A stretch of 64,000 nt of DNA, from positions 48,446-112,445 of IMG/VR virus record IMGVR_UViG_2571042005_000001, one strand, 5' to 3'. This DNA is from a virus. Taxonomy: Duplodnaviria > Heunggongvirae > Uroviricota > Caudoviricetes. Below are positions 38,249 through 47,992 of this stretch, piece by piece. How positions within the stretch are numbered: position 1 is the stretch's first letter; the number at the start of each line of letters is the position of its first letter. A program made the translations under genes and the position numbers. The notes beneath the pieces are model-generated. The model was given only the letters and a program-made list of their open reading frames with translations, was not told where the DNA came from and ran no database searches.

Positions 38249-38898
38249 CGGTCATCCTCCGGTGGCAAGTAACTTTTGATCTGGTGCTCCAGGAAGTGCT
38301 TGGCTTCTTCGAAACGCGTGTGAGGCAAATCGCGGTATGAAGCCAGCCCGAAATGCTCCTTGAAAAGCCGCCAGGCTTTCGAATAACCCATGTGCTTCCC
38401 GAGGGCCTGCCCAAGTGCATGGATGACTTTCACTTGCCCAGCGCTGATCGGCGCGGTTTTCTTCCAGCCTTCCAGTTCAGAGATTCGCTGGTCATGCTGG
38501 GTGAGTTGCTTTTCGTGCTGCACAAGCTGCTGCGCGGACTCCAGCAGCATTTCCGCTGGGGTCTTCAAGGCAGGGACAGCAACCCTTCGATTCCGGGCAT
38601 CTCCGAACGCCTGCACCAACTTCACTTTCAGGGCCACAGACAAATCGTTGTTGCGCACCAGCGTCAGCAGAAAGTACACCTGGTCTTCGTTCAGCAAAGC
38701 GAACTTCGGGGGTCTCCCACGGCCTTCCTTTTCTGCGATTTCAAATCGGAATAAACCAAAGCCTTTCATTTCATCCTCGTAATCGCTCAGCAAACTGAGG
38801 ATGCTTTCATGCTGGTTCCCGAGTTGCGCAGCCACCAACCGGGAGTCGACTCGGGGTTCTTCATTCAAGTAATTCAAGGTGAGGGGGGCATCGGTCAT
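38245..38898 (-). CDS. Phage regulatory protein Rha / antirepressor-like (217 aa)
   Basis: N-terminal VDSRLVAAQLGNQHESILSLL matches the Rha family signature. The C-terminal domain is of a KilA-C/ORF6C type (helical). Confidence 0.6.
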   Translation of the reverse strand: MTDAPLTLNYLNEEPRVDSRLVAAQLGNQHESILSLLSDYEDEMKGFGLFRFEIAEKEGRGRPPKFALLNEDQVYFLLTLVRNNDLSVALKVKLVQAFGDARNRRVAVPALKTPAEMLLESAQQLVQHEKQLTQHDQRISELEGWKKTAPISAGQVKVIHALGQALGKHMGYSKAWRLFKEHFGLASYRDLPHTRFEEAKHFLEHQIKSYLPPEDDR

Positions 38899-38931
38899 GA
38901 AAAACCTCCAAAAACCAGAGGGGCCTCTGGA

Positions 38932-39489
38932 TCAAAATGAGGGTTGAGGGTCACTCGAGTTGCTGGCCATCTTCAAGATGCGCATGGTCAACCTGTCATT
39001 GAGCAGGTCCCGGTCCGGCGCAAACAGAGGCGTTTCCACATCCACCACCAGCGTCAACTCCCAAGGCTCGACGAACAAATGGTTGTACTGCTCGGAGGGA
39101 TCATGGAATTTGATGAGGTGCGCAGCGAGCACGAAATCACGCGTTTTGCTGCCCTTCGAGCTCAACTCGGGAATGGTGATCACCTCACCATCTGAAGGAT
39201 TGAAGGCCTTCAAGGAGAAAGCGACCATCTCGCCAGCTTTGGGTTTCTTGTTGATGCGATGGCAGACCTGAAAGAACTTCAAATCCACCGCGTTCTGCAA
39301 ATTCACCACCAGATGGGTGTACAAATCACCATGGTTGTCGGGCTTGGTGCTCGCTTCGCTGAGGGTGACCGAAAATTCCTTTTTCACTTCCGCTTCCTTC
39401 TTTCGATTTCCAAACGCCGAGCCGCGGCATAAGCCGAAAGGTACTCGGGGGTGGCCGCCTTGATCTCTTGGATGTGCTGCACACTCCAA
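38932..39489 (-). CDS. Hypothetical protein (about 150-185 aa; start uncertain because it overlaps the upstream gene)
   Basis: Minus-strand ORF. Confidence 0.35.
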   Translation of the reverse strand: MECAAHPRDQGGHPRVPFGLCRGSAFGNRKKEAEVKKEFSVTLSEASTKPDNHGDLYTHLVVNLQNAVDLKFFQVCHRINKKPKAGEMVAFSLKAFNPSDGEVITIPELSSKGSKTRDFVLAAHLIKFHDPSEQYNHLFVEPWELTLVVDVETPLFAPDRDLLNDRLTMRILKMASNSSDPQPSF

Positions 39490-41529
39490 CCTTCAATCAA
39501 AGCGAGCTGCTCGTCTCGCAAAGGGTGATGGTGGATCTTCAACAAGCGGTCCTCGCTCCAAATGGGCCAGTTGGGCAACTGCGGTTGGATTTCCGGCCTG
39601 ATTTGACCTTTCAGAATCAAGCGAACCAATGACTCTGTGAGGTTGTGTTCGGTGGCCACTTGGCGTCGGACTTCAGAGGGCAGATCTGGCGCATCCGCAC
39701 CGAAGTACAGGGGGTGTCGGTTCCGCAACGCCTGAATCAACTCCGGGGTGGCTTTCGGGCCTATAGGATTGTTCTGGCGATGCTCGCGGTATGCTTTGAT
39801 GGCCTCCGGAGGGTAGTAAGTGGCCCATTGACGACCAGCATCCCAGCATTTCTTGCCTATGAAACGCAAATCCAGCCAGTCTTTGGCACCTGAAGGATCC
39901 ACCTGTAATTCTTCGCACACATCCCGGAGTCGCACCCAGCCTTCAGGAGGGTACTGCTCCTGGATGTGCGCTTTGAAGGCAAGAACAGCGCTCGGGTCAA
40001 AAGCCAACTTGTCTCCGACTTGCATGGCATGAAGTTGTTTTTGGTTCAAAGCCTTGTAGATTTTTTGGATGCTCCAACCAAGCAGTTCAGAAGCCTCATG
40101 CACAGTGATGTGTCCTGCAGGCCAGTGGCTGCTGCGGAGGTTCACCACGGAAATCTGGGTGTTTTCCAGGTACTGCCGCAAAACCTCCACAGGAATGTAC
40201 GTGTGGCCTTGGTGGTGCGAATAATGGTCCGTCAACTGGTGCTTTTTCATGAACTTGTACAGCACACTCTTGGTGACGTGAACAGCGAGAGTGGCTGCGA
40301 GCAGCAGCACTTTGCCTTCCAATTGAGGGAAGTCAGGTCCGGCCAACCGATGGGCGAGCTGCACGAAAAGGCGGGTGGCTTCGTCAAGGTCCATGATGTC
40401 CACAATGACCGGGTCGACTGGCCCAGCCACCGGCTTGAATTTTGCGCGCACCGCCAGCACCGGTTTCTCCTTCGGGACCTTCGGGACCTTCGGGACCTTC
40501 GGGGGTGCAACGGCAGGCTCTGGTTTGGGTTTCTGTTGCCTCTCGGTTCTCAAAGCATTCTTGAGGTCCGGTACATGCACCAAAAACACACCGTTGTCCC
40601 TGCAGGTGCGAACGGTGTGCCGATCAAGCAGGCGCATGATCTCCGAGGCACTGACCCCCGTGACCAGCTCGGCTCCTTGAAGGGGCTTGAAGTCCGGGGA
40701 GGGTTTGGGTGTTACAGCCTCGGGCTTGGGTTTGGCTGCTGGTTTGGGTTGTGGAACTGGCCTCTGGGTGCGGAGATCCGCGATCTTTTCTTTCCAGCCT
40801 GACAGCACATTTTCATGCACGTAAACCCCAGGGCCACACTTCCGCACCATCGACCCTTCTGGAGTGTGCTGCTGCATCAACTGAGCAACCATGCCCGATG
40901 AGCACTTCAGCAACCCCCGAGCTTCTTTTAAGGACACAAAGCCTTGGCTTTTCAACTCTGCCCGGTCCGGCTTTTTGGGGGAGCGTACCAGTTGAATGTC
41001 CAGTTCGGGCTTGCCCTTCCGGGACTCCAAGTACACCTGCAGTGGATCTCGACGTCCAACTTTCTGCAGTTCCTCCGGGGTTGCTTCACGCACAGTGCCA
41101 CGTTCCTGCTGGGCGTAAATGCACAAGTTGCCCACGAACCGCCCGCAGATTTTGCCTTGCTTGCGGAGTTCTTCGAGGGTGGCTTTGACCACGTTGATGT
41201 TCAAGGCCAGTTCGGTGGCCACTGAAGCGGCCGTGGCTGAACGACCCCCGTCGAAGTGGCTGTGCAGGAGACCCATGAGGTCTTTGCGCACGTCGGACTG
41301 GTCATGGTCGAAGCTCATCCGTTCGTACAGGATGCTGGTGTTGATCTGGATGCAGCGGATCATGCCCCGGTTGATGAGTTCATCGACAATGGCGCGGTAA
41401 ACGTTCATTGAATTGTTCCCGAGGGCACCCCCGATGTCGGATTTGCGGATCATGGTGAGGTGATCGAAGAGGGCCATCACTTTTTCGATCTGCTCCTCGG
41501 TGATGGTGATGGTTTTGGGCAGGGGCATG
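39384..41529 (-). CDS. Large multi-HTH DNA-binding protein (about 715 aa; start MPLPKTITITEEQ at 41529 with RBS GGAGGTG) with an internal (PKV)n repeat
   Basis: At least four excisionase/MerR-like HTH modules are spread along the protein (e.g. VSLKEARGLLKCSSGMVAQLM, VSASEIMRLLDRHTVRTC, VHEASELLGWSIQKIYKALN, VRLRDVCEELQVDPSGAKDWL). Pro/Lys-rich linkers encode the 9-bp repeat at 40471-40502. Confidence 0.5.
40471..40502. repeat. In-frame 9-bp tandem repeat (ggaccttcg x about 3.5) encoding PKVPKVPKVP inside the multi-HTH gene
   Basis: cttcgggaccttcgggaccttcgggaccttcggg read directly on the plus strand. Confidence 0.8.
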
Positions 41530-41541
41530 CAGCACCTCCTT

Positions 41542-41940
41542 TCAGGTTGTTGGTTTGCTGAGGGTGGTGAGGGCTTTTGCGTAAGCGACCACCAGGGCGA
41601 CCCGGAAGGCAGCTTCGGTTTCGCTGGGGGTGGTGCAGTGGGTGCTTCCCTCGCCGATCGGGACGTGGCCATGCAGCAGCACCACCACCCGGCCCGCCAT
41701 GGGCACCTCCCAGCTCGCTTCGAGGTCCGTGATGCCCTGCCGGACTTTCATTTCGAGCTCCATGCAGGCCCAGTCCCACTTCTCGGATTTCAAGACGGGT
41801 TTCTCGTCCGAGAAAGCAAGCGTGAAATGACCCCTCGGGGTTCTGAAGGCGAAAGACTGGAATTTGCCTTTGTCCACGGTGGTGATGAAAAACTCCGGGC
41901 GGACAGCCCGGAGCAACATCAGGGGGAAAGGGTGTTCCAT
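41542..41940 (-). CDS. Hypothetical protein (about 132 aa; start MEHPFPLMLL)
   Basis: Minus-strand ORF. Confidence 0.35.
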   Translation of the reverse strand: MEHPFPLMLLRAVRPEFFITTVDKGKFQSFAFRTPRGHFTLAFSDEKPVLKSEKWDWACMELEMKVRQGITDLEASWEVPMAGRVVVLLHGHVPIGEGSTHCTTPSETEAAFRVALVVAYAKALTTLSKPTT

Positions 41941-42146
41941 GTGGCTTACAAATCCAGAGCCTGGATCTGCTGCAGGGTTTCCGCCACGTGCTCCTGCGAT
42001 GGCTTGGGGGCACACAGGGGCTGGATGTGACTGGAAGCCTCACCTGCCAGAGGAGGCAGGTCTCGGGTCATCTCGGTGAGCAGTTCTCGCTGGACAAGGC
42101 TGATGGGGTCTTCTTGTGGCATGCTGCGCTCCTCTTGGGGTGAAAA

Positions 42147-42731
42147 TCACTCTGCTGGTTCGTAGGTTTTCTCGAAAATGTCGGGCTTGCAGGGGTACCG
42201 TTCGCCATTCACGCCGGTGATGATCCAATCTCCAGCAGAAATGTACATGCGGCCTTCCAGGGTGCTGATGTAGGGGTACAGGCGCACGATGTCCAATTTG
42301 CTGGCAAGGTACATGGCTTGGGTGAGGTCAATGTCCTCAGGCAACTCGTCTTCGTACTCCCAGCCGTCTTCCATGCCCTGCTGGTACTGCGCAGCTTCAA
42401 CCACCACTGGTTTCTTCTTGAATTTCCGGGTGCCTTCCTGCGGGTGGGTTGCCTGCGGGGACTCTTCGAACAGCACAGGGAACGGCTCCGAGGGGACAAC
42501 GAAGTACTCCGTGTGGCCAGTAAACCTGCAAACCATGTCCAGGTCGCGTGCGACGGTGTCCAGTTCCTCTTGATCTCCACGGGGGTTGATGGCCGGGAGG
42601 AGGATGTAGCGCAGGTCGTTGTGTGTGTGCACTTCGTATTCTTTGCCTTCAAGGACGATGCTTTTGGCCTCTTTGGGGATGAGGAGTTGGGTGGCCACAA
42701 TCGGATGCGGAACGGGGATGTATCGGTCCAT
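42147..42731 (-). CDS. Hypothetical acidic protein (194 aa)
   Basis: Minus-strand ORF. Confidence 0.4.
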   Translation of the reverse strand: MDRYIPVPHPIVATQLLIPKEAKSIVLEGKEYEVHTHNDLRYILLPAINPRGDQEELDTVARDLDMVCRFTGHTEYFVVPSEPFPVLFEESPQATHPQEGTRKFKKKPVVVEAAQYQQGMEDGWEYEDELPEDIDLTQAMYLASKLDIVRLYPYISTLEGRMYISAGDWIITGVNGERYPCKPDIFEKTYEPAE

Positions 42732-42892
42732 TTCAATTGCCTTTCTGGTCTTCTTGGAGGGTGATTTCTCGTGGCTGCCGGAGTTTCAGGCGTCTTCTGT
42801 GCTGGTCGTTGTTCGCGTACCAGGCAAGCAACTGGAAACCCAAGGTGAAGGTGGCAACGGCGATCAGTGCAGCGATCAGCACGGCAAACCTT

Positions 42893-43172
42893 TCAGTTTT
42901 CGATGACCCGTTCAAGGTTGTTCGGCTCGAACGCCCCAGCGGTCATCCATGGGAGGTTGTTTTCCTGTGCGTACTTTTCAACATCCGGCTGGAAGGACGG
43001 GAAGTGCACCCAGACCTTTCCGGAGATCTGGGCTTGCGTGGCGTTGGGCTCCACCACCAAGCCCACCTCTCGGGTCACACAGAGGTTGTCGTATGGACTG
43101 CTCGGCGCATGGAACCTGCCCACGTAACGCACTTTGATGCCTGGAGGGAAATCACTCGGGTTTTTTTTCATG
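42893..43172 (-). CDS. Hypothetical small protein (about 93 aa; start MKKNPSDF)
   Basis: Minus-strand ORF overlapping the PAPS-reductase gene start by about 20 nt. Confidence 0.3.
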
Positions 43173-43988
43173 GGTGCGCTGCCCCTCCTGAGAGCAGCCA
43201 TCGATGTGAATGCCAGTGATTTCTGGCAGGGACCTTCGGGACTGGTGCATGGTGTAACCGGTTTTTTGTTCCAATTCGACGTACCGCTGGTACAACTCTG
43301 GATTCCTGACGGCACCGTTCCGCAGGTCGTTGCTGTTCGCCAGAATGCAAAAAACGCAACTCAGGCGGTCATTCCCGAGGCCGTAAGCAGGGTGGAGTTC
43401 CTGCCCTGCCTCCCGGATGGCCTCGAACACTTGGTCACGGTTGAAGTGGTGGATGGGCAGCCAGTCGAACCATGCACGGCTCTGGGTGGTGTTGGTTTCA
43501 TTTTTCCGCCATGTAATGGCTTTTGCGCGCCTCGGGCTTTCCTCAGCTCGGAGGCCCACGCAGTTGATGATGGTTTGAAAGCCGTGCTCTTTGGCGTACC
43601 GCCTGACTTCCCGTTCAATGGGGCCTCGCTTCAGGTCGGAGGTGCACTGTCGGTGCTGCGCGCTCGGCCAGCTCGGCACGTCCGGCCTGCTGTCAAACCG
43701 CGCTTCCACCATGCCCAGCAGGGTCTTGTTGGCACGGGCCACCACGAAAGGCAACCCTGCGTTTCTGGCTTGCTGCTCGGCGTGCTCCAAAGCTCCGGGC
43801 CATTCCATTTCCCCGAGGGAGGCGTGAACGACCAGCATTTGTGCTGCAGGACTGATTTTCAGGAGTTCGATCAGCATGGCCTGGCTGTCTTTTCCGCCAC
43901 TGTGGTTCGAGACGATCAATGCCCCTGCGCGGATGAGGTCTTGGACTTCATCGGGTGGCCACTGGGTTTCAAACAGCGGGTTTTGCAT
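43152..43988 (-). CDS. Phosphoadenosine-phosphosulfate (PAPS) reductase-family PP-loop ATP-pyrophosphatase (278 aa)
   Basis: PP-loop motif SGGKDS near the N-terminus (LIVSNHSGGKDSQAML). Size fits phage-associated PAPS-reductase/DndC-like proteins. Confidence 0.7.
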   Translation of the reverse strand: MQNPLFETQWPPDEVQDLIRAGALIVSNHSGGKDSQAMLIELLKISPAAQMLVVHASLGEMEWPGALEHAEQQARNAGLPFVVARANKTLLGMVEARFDSRPDVPSWPSAQHRQCTSDLKRGPIEREVRRYAKEHGFQTIINCVGLRAEESPRRAKAITWRKNETNTTQSRAWFDWLPIHHFNRDQVFEAIREAGQELHPAYGLGNDRLSCVFCILANSNDLRNGAVRNPELYQRYVELEQKTGYTMHQSRRSLPEITGIHIDGCSQEGQRTHEKKPE

Positions 43989-44400
43989 GGTCCTCTTGCG
44001 GGGGTGCCGTCATGGCACGGTGTTTTTTGATCAGGTTTTCTGCCCGATCGCTGAATTCTTTGATGGGTTTCCTGTGGATCCGGTTGTAGTTGCTGAGCAA
44101 ATCCATGGCTTCAGACATCCACGCTCGGGCATCCACCCAGTGCACCTGCTGGTGCTCGTAGCGTTGCAGGGCTTCCATTCCTGCAGGGCTGAGTCGGCAG
44201 TGCCCGTTGATGCTGTGATCCACCAACCCGAAGGCTTTCAGGCGTTCGAAGGTGGCATTCAAGCGCTCGTGGCCACACATGCCGGACTTGCCGCGCACAT
44301 GGCGCGTTTTGGGGGACGAGCCGTTGTTCTCTCGGATCAAATCCCGAATTTCAGTCAGCATTTCAAGTTCGGCTTTGCCGAGTTCCACTTCGATTTTCAT
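43969..44400 (-). CDS. Hypothetical protein (143 aa)
   Basis: Minus-strand ORF. Confidence 0.35.
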   Translation of the reverse strand: MKIEVELGKAELEMLTEIRDLIRENNGSSPKTRHVRGKSGMCGHERLNATFERLKAFGLVDHSINGHCRLSPAGMEALQRYEHQQVHWVDARAWMSEAMDLLSNYNRIHRKPIKEFSDRAENLIKKHRAMTAPPQEDHAKPAV

Positions 44401-44633
44401 GACTCACCGCCCGGTAAAGAACAGGCCTGATGCTTTTTTGTTCCACCAGGCCTTGCGTGACAAGAATTTTGAGGTTCTTCCAGACGGCCCGAATGCCGTT
44501 CGTGGTGCGATTGCCTCTGCCGTCCTCTGACAGGGTGTCGTTGATTTCCTGTGCACTGAGCCACATGCCAGATGTGGATCGCAGGTGCCGGAGGATCCGG
44601 TTGCAAAGCCAAGTGCGTGCTTGTTTTGCCATG
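44363..44633 (-). CDS. Small winged-helix protein (about 90 aa; start MAKQARTW)
   Basis: Basic N-terminus and a wHTH-like core. Confidence 0.35.
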
Positions 44634-44848
44634 CTGCCCTTCACTGCCGGACCCAAGATGCCCGGCCAACGTGCCTGAACTCCTCGGATTTCAATCGACA
44701 GAAAGCCTGCCCTTGCTGCGGTATCTCCACGCACCCCTGCACGCCCCACGACCGCACTTCCGTCACCTGCAAGAAGCAACCCCCGAACAACCGGTGCTCG
44801 GGGTACACTTGGACCACATCACCAACGACAACGCTGCGCCCACTGGCA

Positions 44849-45703
44849 TCAACCATGCTGGGCATCCAGAGCGAAAAGGGAGTGGGGTCCGATTTTGCGG
44901 TTTGCTTCTGCTGCAGGATTGAGCCACAGCACCTCTTGCCGGTCCCCTCCACGGTCCGCTTGGCTGACCTGGTGGTACTTCCCCCACCCTTCCAGAAGGT
45001 CGTCATACAGGTCGCTTTCGTAAGCGGAGAGCATCACCATGCCCTGGTAGTCTTGGGTGAGGAATTCCAGCATTTCGATGTGCTGGGTGTCGTCCAGCAT
45101 CTCCTGACGGTACATGGGTTTGAATTTCCGGGTGCGGGCAAGGTAAGGGGGATCGATGTAAGCCAGCACCCCTGAGTGGTTCAGTCGCCCAAGCACCTCA
45201 AGGGCGGGCCTGCATTCAATCTGGGCGTCTTTGATGCGTTCCACGGTGGCCATGATCCGCTCGGGCAGGTTCCGCCACTGCTGGGTGACTCCTGCGCCCA
45301 CGCCGTTCAGGGCTCCGTTGTGCCTCCACCCACTGCGGTACCGTCCGTTCGCCGTGCCGCCCTGACTCATCCAGTGTTTGATCAGGGTGCGGCGGGCAAG
45401 TTCAACAGGGTCATCTGTGGGATGAAAACTGTCTTCGTATTCGATTCTCGACCATGGGGTCAGGCGGATGGTTCGCTCCAACTCTTTCGGTTGGTTGCGC
45501 AGCACCCGGAACAGGTTGGCGATCTCGTGATCGATGTCGTTCAGGTATTCGCTCTCACTGTGTGGCTTCTGGAAAAACACACTGAATGACCCGCCGTAAG
45601 GCTCAACGTAAGTGTGATGCTCGGGCATCAACGACACGATCCACTTGCCGATCCGCCACTTGCTGCCCGGGTAACGCAAAACCGGTCCTCTCAGTTCAGC
45701 CAT
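44849..45703 (-). CDS. DNA N6-adenine methyltransferase, Dam-like (284 aa)
   Basis: N-terminal RYPGSKWRI (Dam motif), FxGxG-like YVEPYGGSFSVFF, and catalytic DPPY (YIDPPYLARTRK). Confidence 0.8.
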   Translation of the reverse strand: MAELRGPVLRYPGSKWRIGKWIVSLMPEHHTYVEPYGGSFSVFFQKPHSESEYLNDIDHEIANLFRVLRNQPKELERTIRLTPWSRIEYEDSFHPTDDPVELARRTLIKHWMSQGGTANGRYRSGWRHNGALNGVGAGVTQQWRNLPERIMATVERIKDAQIECRPALEVLGRLNHSGVLAYIDPPYLARTRKFKPMYRQEMLDDTQHIEMLEFLTQDYQGMVMLSAYESDLYDDLLEGWGKYHQVSQADRGGDRQEVLWLNPAAEANRKIGPHSLFALDAQHG

Positions 45704-46239
45704 GACGGTACCGGAAGCCCGAGGAGGGTGAAGGCTTGCTGCATGGTGCCCTTGTGGTACAGGTGGAACATGGGGGCCTGCACGAGGCTCTCAGCGGTCA
45801 CCATTGAGTTTTTCATGCGGTCGTATGCACTCTGGGCCTCAAGGGACTGTTTGAGGAGGTCGAGGGTCTCCAGCAGCACCCGAACGTCCTCTGGTGCGGC
45901 TGCAATTGCTTCGGCATCCGGGTGGTTGATGCCATTGATGTGGGTCCGGTAATGCACTTCGTGCTGCGCAAAGCTTCTGGCTGGAGCCATGATGCACATG
46001 CCAGGACCAAGACTTTGAAAGCGGGGCTGGGCATAACCGGTTCTCTCAACACACTGGAAGTCCATCACGAAATTCCCATTTCTCAAACTGGTCAGGCGAA
46101 TCTCAGTCATGGGGTCCTGGTCGTGTCCCACATGCCCACGCCAGCCCCACGGTCCAGGTGTCGCTTTCTGCCAGCGTTCACGGATGGCTTGAATGCCTTC
46201 CAGGGCACCTTGCAGGCCGGGATTGGCGGGCGCAGTCAC
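45691..46239 (-). CDS. Hypothetical protein (182 aa)
   Basis: Minus-strand ORF. Confidence 0.4.
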   Translation of the reverse strand: MTAPANPGLQGALEGIQAIRERWQKATPGPWGWRGHVGHDQDPMTEIRLTSLRNGNFVMDFQCVERTGYAQPRFQSLGPGMCIMAPARSFAQHEVHYRTHINGINHPDAEAIAAAPEDVRVLLETLDLLKQSLEAQSAYDRMKNSMVTAESLVQAPMFHLYHKGTMQQAFTLLGLPVPSWLN

Positions 46240-46362
46240 AAATCCCCCGGTTTCTTGTGGTAATCGGGTTCCAGAGGGGCGGTTTTCATGGCGTGCATGA
46301 AGGCAAGAAGGCCGACCAGTAGGGTCAGGCCTGAGAGGGAAAGCAGAATTGGGGTCATTGAT

Positions 46363-46700
46363 TTACCCTTTCTCTCGAAGGATGAGGTGCAGGTACCTGA
46401 AGAGTTCTTGTTCCTCTCTGGCGGTCAGTGCTGTGGCGTCGAGGGCTTGCCCTTCGAGGGTGTGCCTTTTGATGGGTGGTTTGGGGGGTGGCACTTTGTA
46501 CCCTGCGAGTTGCATCAGGTGGGTGAAGTCCACCTGGTAGGTTTCGGCGAGCTTGGCGAGCACGTCCGGGCTGGGCTTCTGGATGCGTCCCCTTTCGAGC
46601 TGGGACAGGTATCCGGTTTGCAGGCCACAGATGGCGTCCATGTCTGGCAGGGTGAAGCCGATGTTTTCCCGGATTGCGCGAAGTTGAGGCCCGAGGGTGG
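46363..46700 (-). CDS. XRE-family HTH transcriptional regulator (about 100 aa; non-ATG start likely)
   Basis: LRAIRENIGFTLPDMDAICGLQTGYLSQLERGRIQKPSPDVLAKLAETYQV is a classic Cro/C1-type HTH. The track's 261-aa Arg-rich extension is discounted. Confidence 0.5.
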
Positions 46701-47455
46701 TCACCGGATGGGGGTCCAGTGGTCGGCGTGGCTGTTTTTGTGGGCGTGGACCCATGCGGTCATGTAAATGACGAGGTTTTTGTGCCACAGGCGCATTTTT
46801 TGCCATTCGCTGAGGGTGGGGTCTTTGAGGATTTCGCTGGTGGGTCGGTGCGTGCCGACGCGGGGTTCGTTCTGGTATTTGCTGCCGTCCTCTGCTCGGG
46901 CGAGCTGCAGGTACTCCTTGATTTCTCCGGTGAGGATCACGCGGGGCAGGTACAGCCACCAGGGTTCCATGCAGAAAGCGAGCTTGTCGGCAACGCAGAG
47001 CCTTGAGAAGGGGTGGTTGTGTTGCCGGGCGTAGAAGCGGCTGTGGTACAGGCAGAGCCGGCCCCATTCTTCGCCGAACAGCACAAACATGAAAGCTGCG
47101 CCGAAAAGCACGTGCTTTTCGCCTTCTTCGCCGTCCATGTTGTGGCACCAGCGGGTGAGGTACCCGAAGTCATGAATGAAGAAAGCCACCCACAGCCTGG
47201 GGTCCCAGGGGAAGCCGTACAGTTTCCGCCATGCTGCAGCCACGAACAGCGGGTGAATCAGGAACTGGTGCGCCCCGAGGAGCACGGATCTCGGGCCGAC
47301 CGGGAAGGAGAGCATCAAGAGGGTGAGGGTGGCCAGCGTTCCGAGGGTGGTGAGGGTGGGGGTGATCAAGTCCAGTTTGGTGAGGATCACGGTGTAAAGC
47401 AGGCTGGTCAGTGCAGCGATGAACAGCAGGAGGCGGCGTGGGTTTTCAAGCATGG
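46701..47455 (-). CDS. Membrane-anchored protein with an HD-like motif (about 250 aa; start MLENPRRLLL)
   Basis: Two N-terminal TM helices, then FFIHDFGYLTRW and additional His-rich segments. The HD-phosphohydrolase assignment is tentative. Confidence 0.4.
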
Positions 47456-47970
47456 CTTTGAAGTCCAGGGTTGGTGACTGGGAGGGTGTGTGTGGCGGTT
47501 GGTTCACTGAGGCTTTCGAGTGGCACGTGGAGTTGCTGTGCCCAGTGGGCGGCGTGTTCTTCGGCGAAGAAAAGCTCTGTGAATTCCGCTTGCCAGGTGA
47601 GGGTTCCGTCTGGGGCCCGGAAGTACACCCCGAAGAAGGGGGCTTTTTCGGGTGGGCATGCTTGAATTTTGGTGATTCTGGAGTGGTGGGATTCTTTGTG
47701 CGGCTGGATCTGTACGGATGCCACTTCCTGCTGGTCAACCAGATGGGTTTGCTGGGCGAGCGCTGCGCCTTCTGGGGTGAGTTTGCATTTCCCATCAAGG
47801 CCCAGTTGAACGAGCCCTGCTTTCTGCAGGGCTTTGAAGGTCTTGTCGAGGGATTTGAAGTGCCACTGGTGTTTGTTGGAGCGAACGTCCGTTGCTGGGA
47901 TGCGTTTCCCTGCGTTGCGTGCTTGCAGGTTGTGGATGTGCAGCAACATCATTTTTTGTTGGATGTTCAT
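47446..47970 (-). CDS. Hypothetical protein with N-terminal wHTH-like segment (about 175 aa)
   Basis: Minus-strand ORF. Confidence 0.35.
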   Translation of the reverse strand: MNIQQKMMLLHIHNLQARNAGKRIPATDVRSNKHQWHFKSLDKTFKALQKAGLVQLGLDGKCKLTPEGAALAQQTHLVDQQEVASVQIQPHKESHHSRITKIQACPPEKAPFFGVYFRAPDGTLTWQAEFTELFFAEEHAAHWAQQLHVPLESLSEPTATHTLPVTNPGLQSHA

Positions 47971-47992
47971 GGGGGTCTCCTTCAGGAGGAAC

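Noticed and set aside
46363-47148. 261-aa Arg/Pro-rich ORF
   Set aside because: Only the C-terminal about 100 aa (the XRE HTH) looks protein-like. The upstream part is a compositional artefact overlapping the real gene 46701..47455 in another frame.
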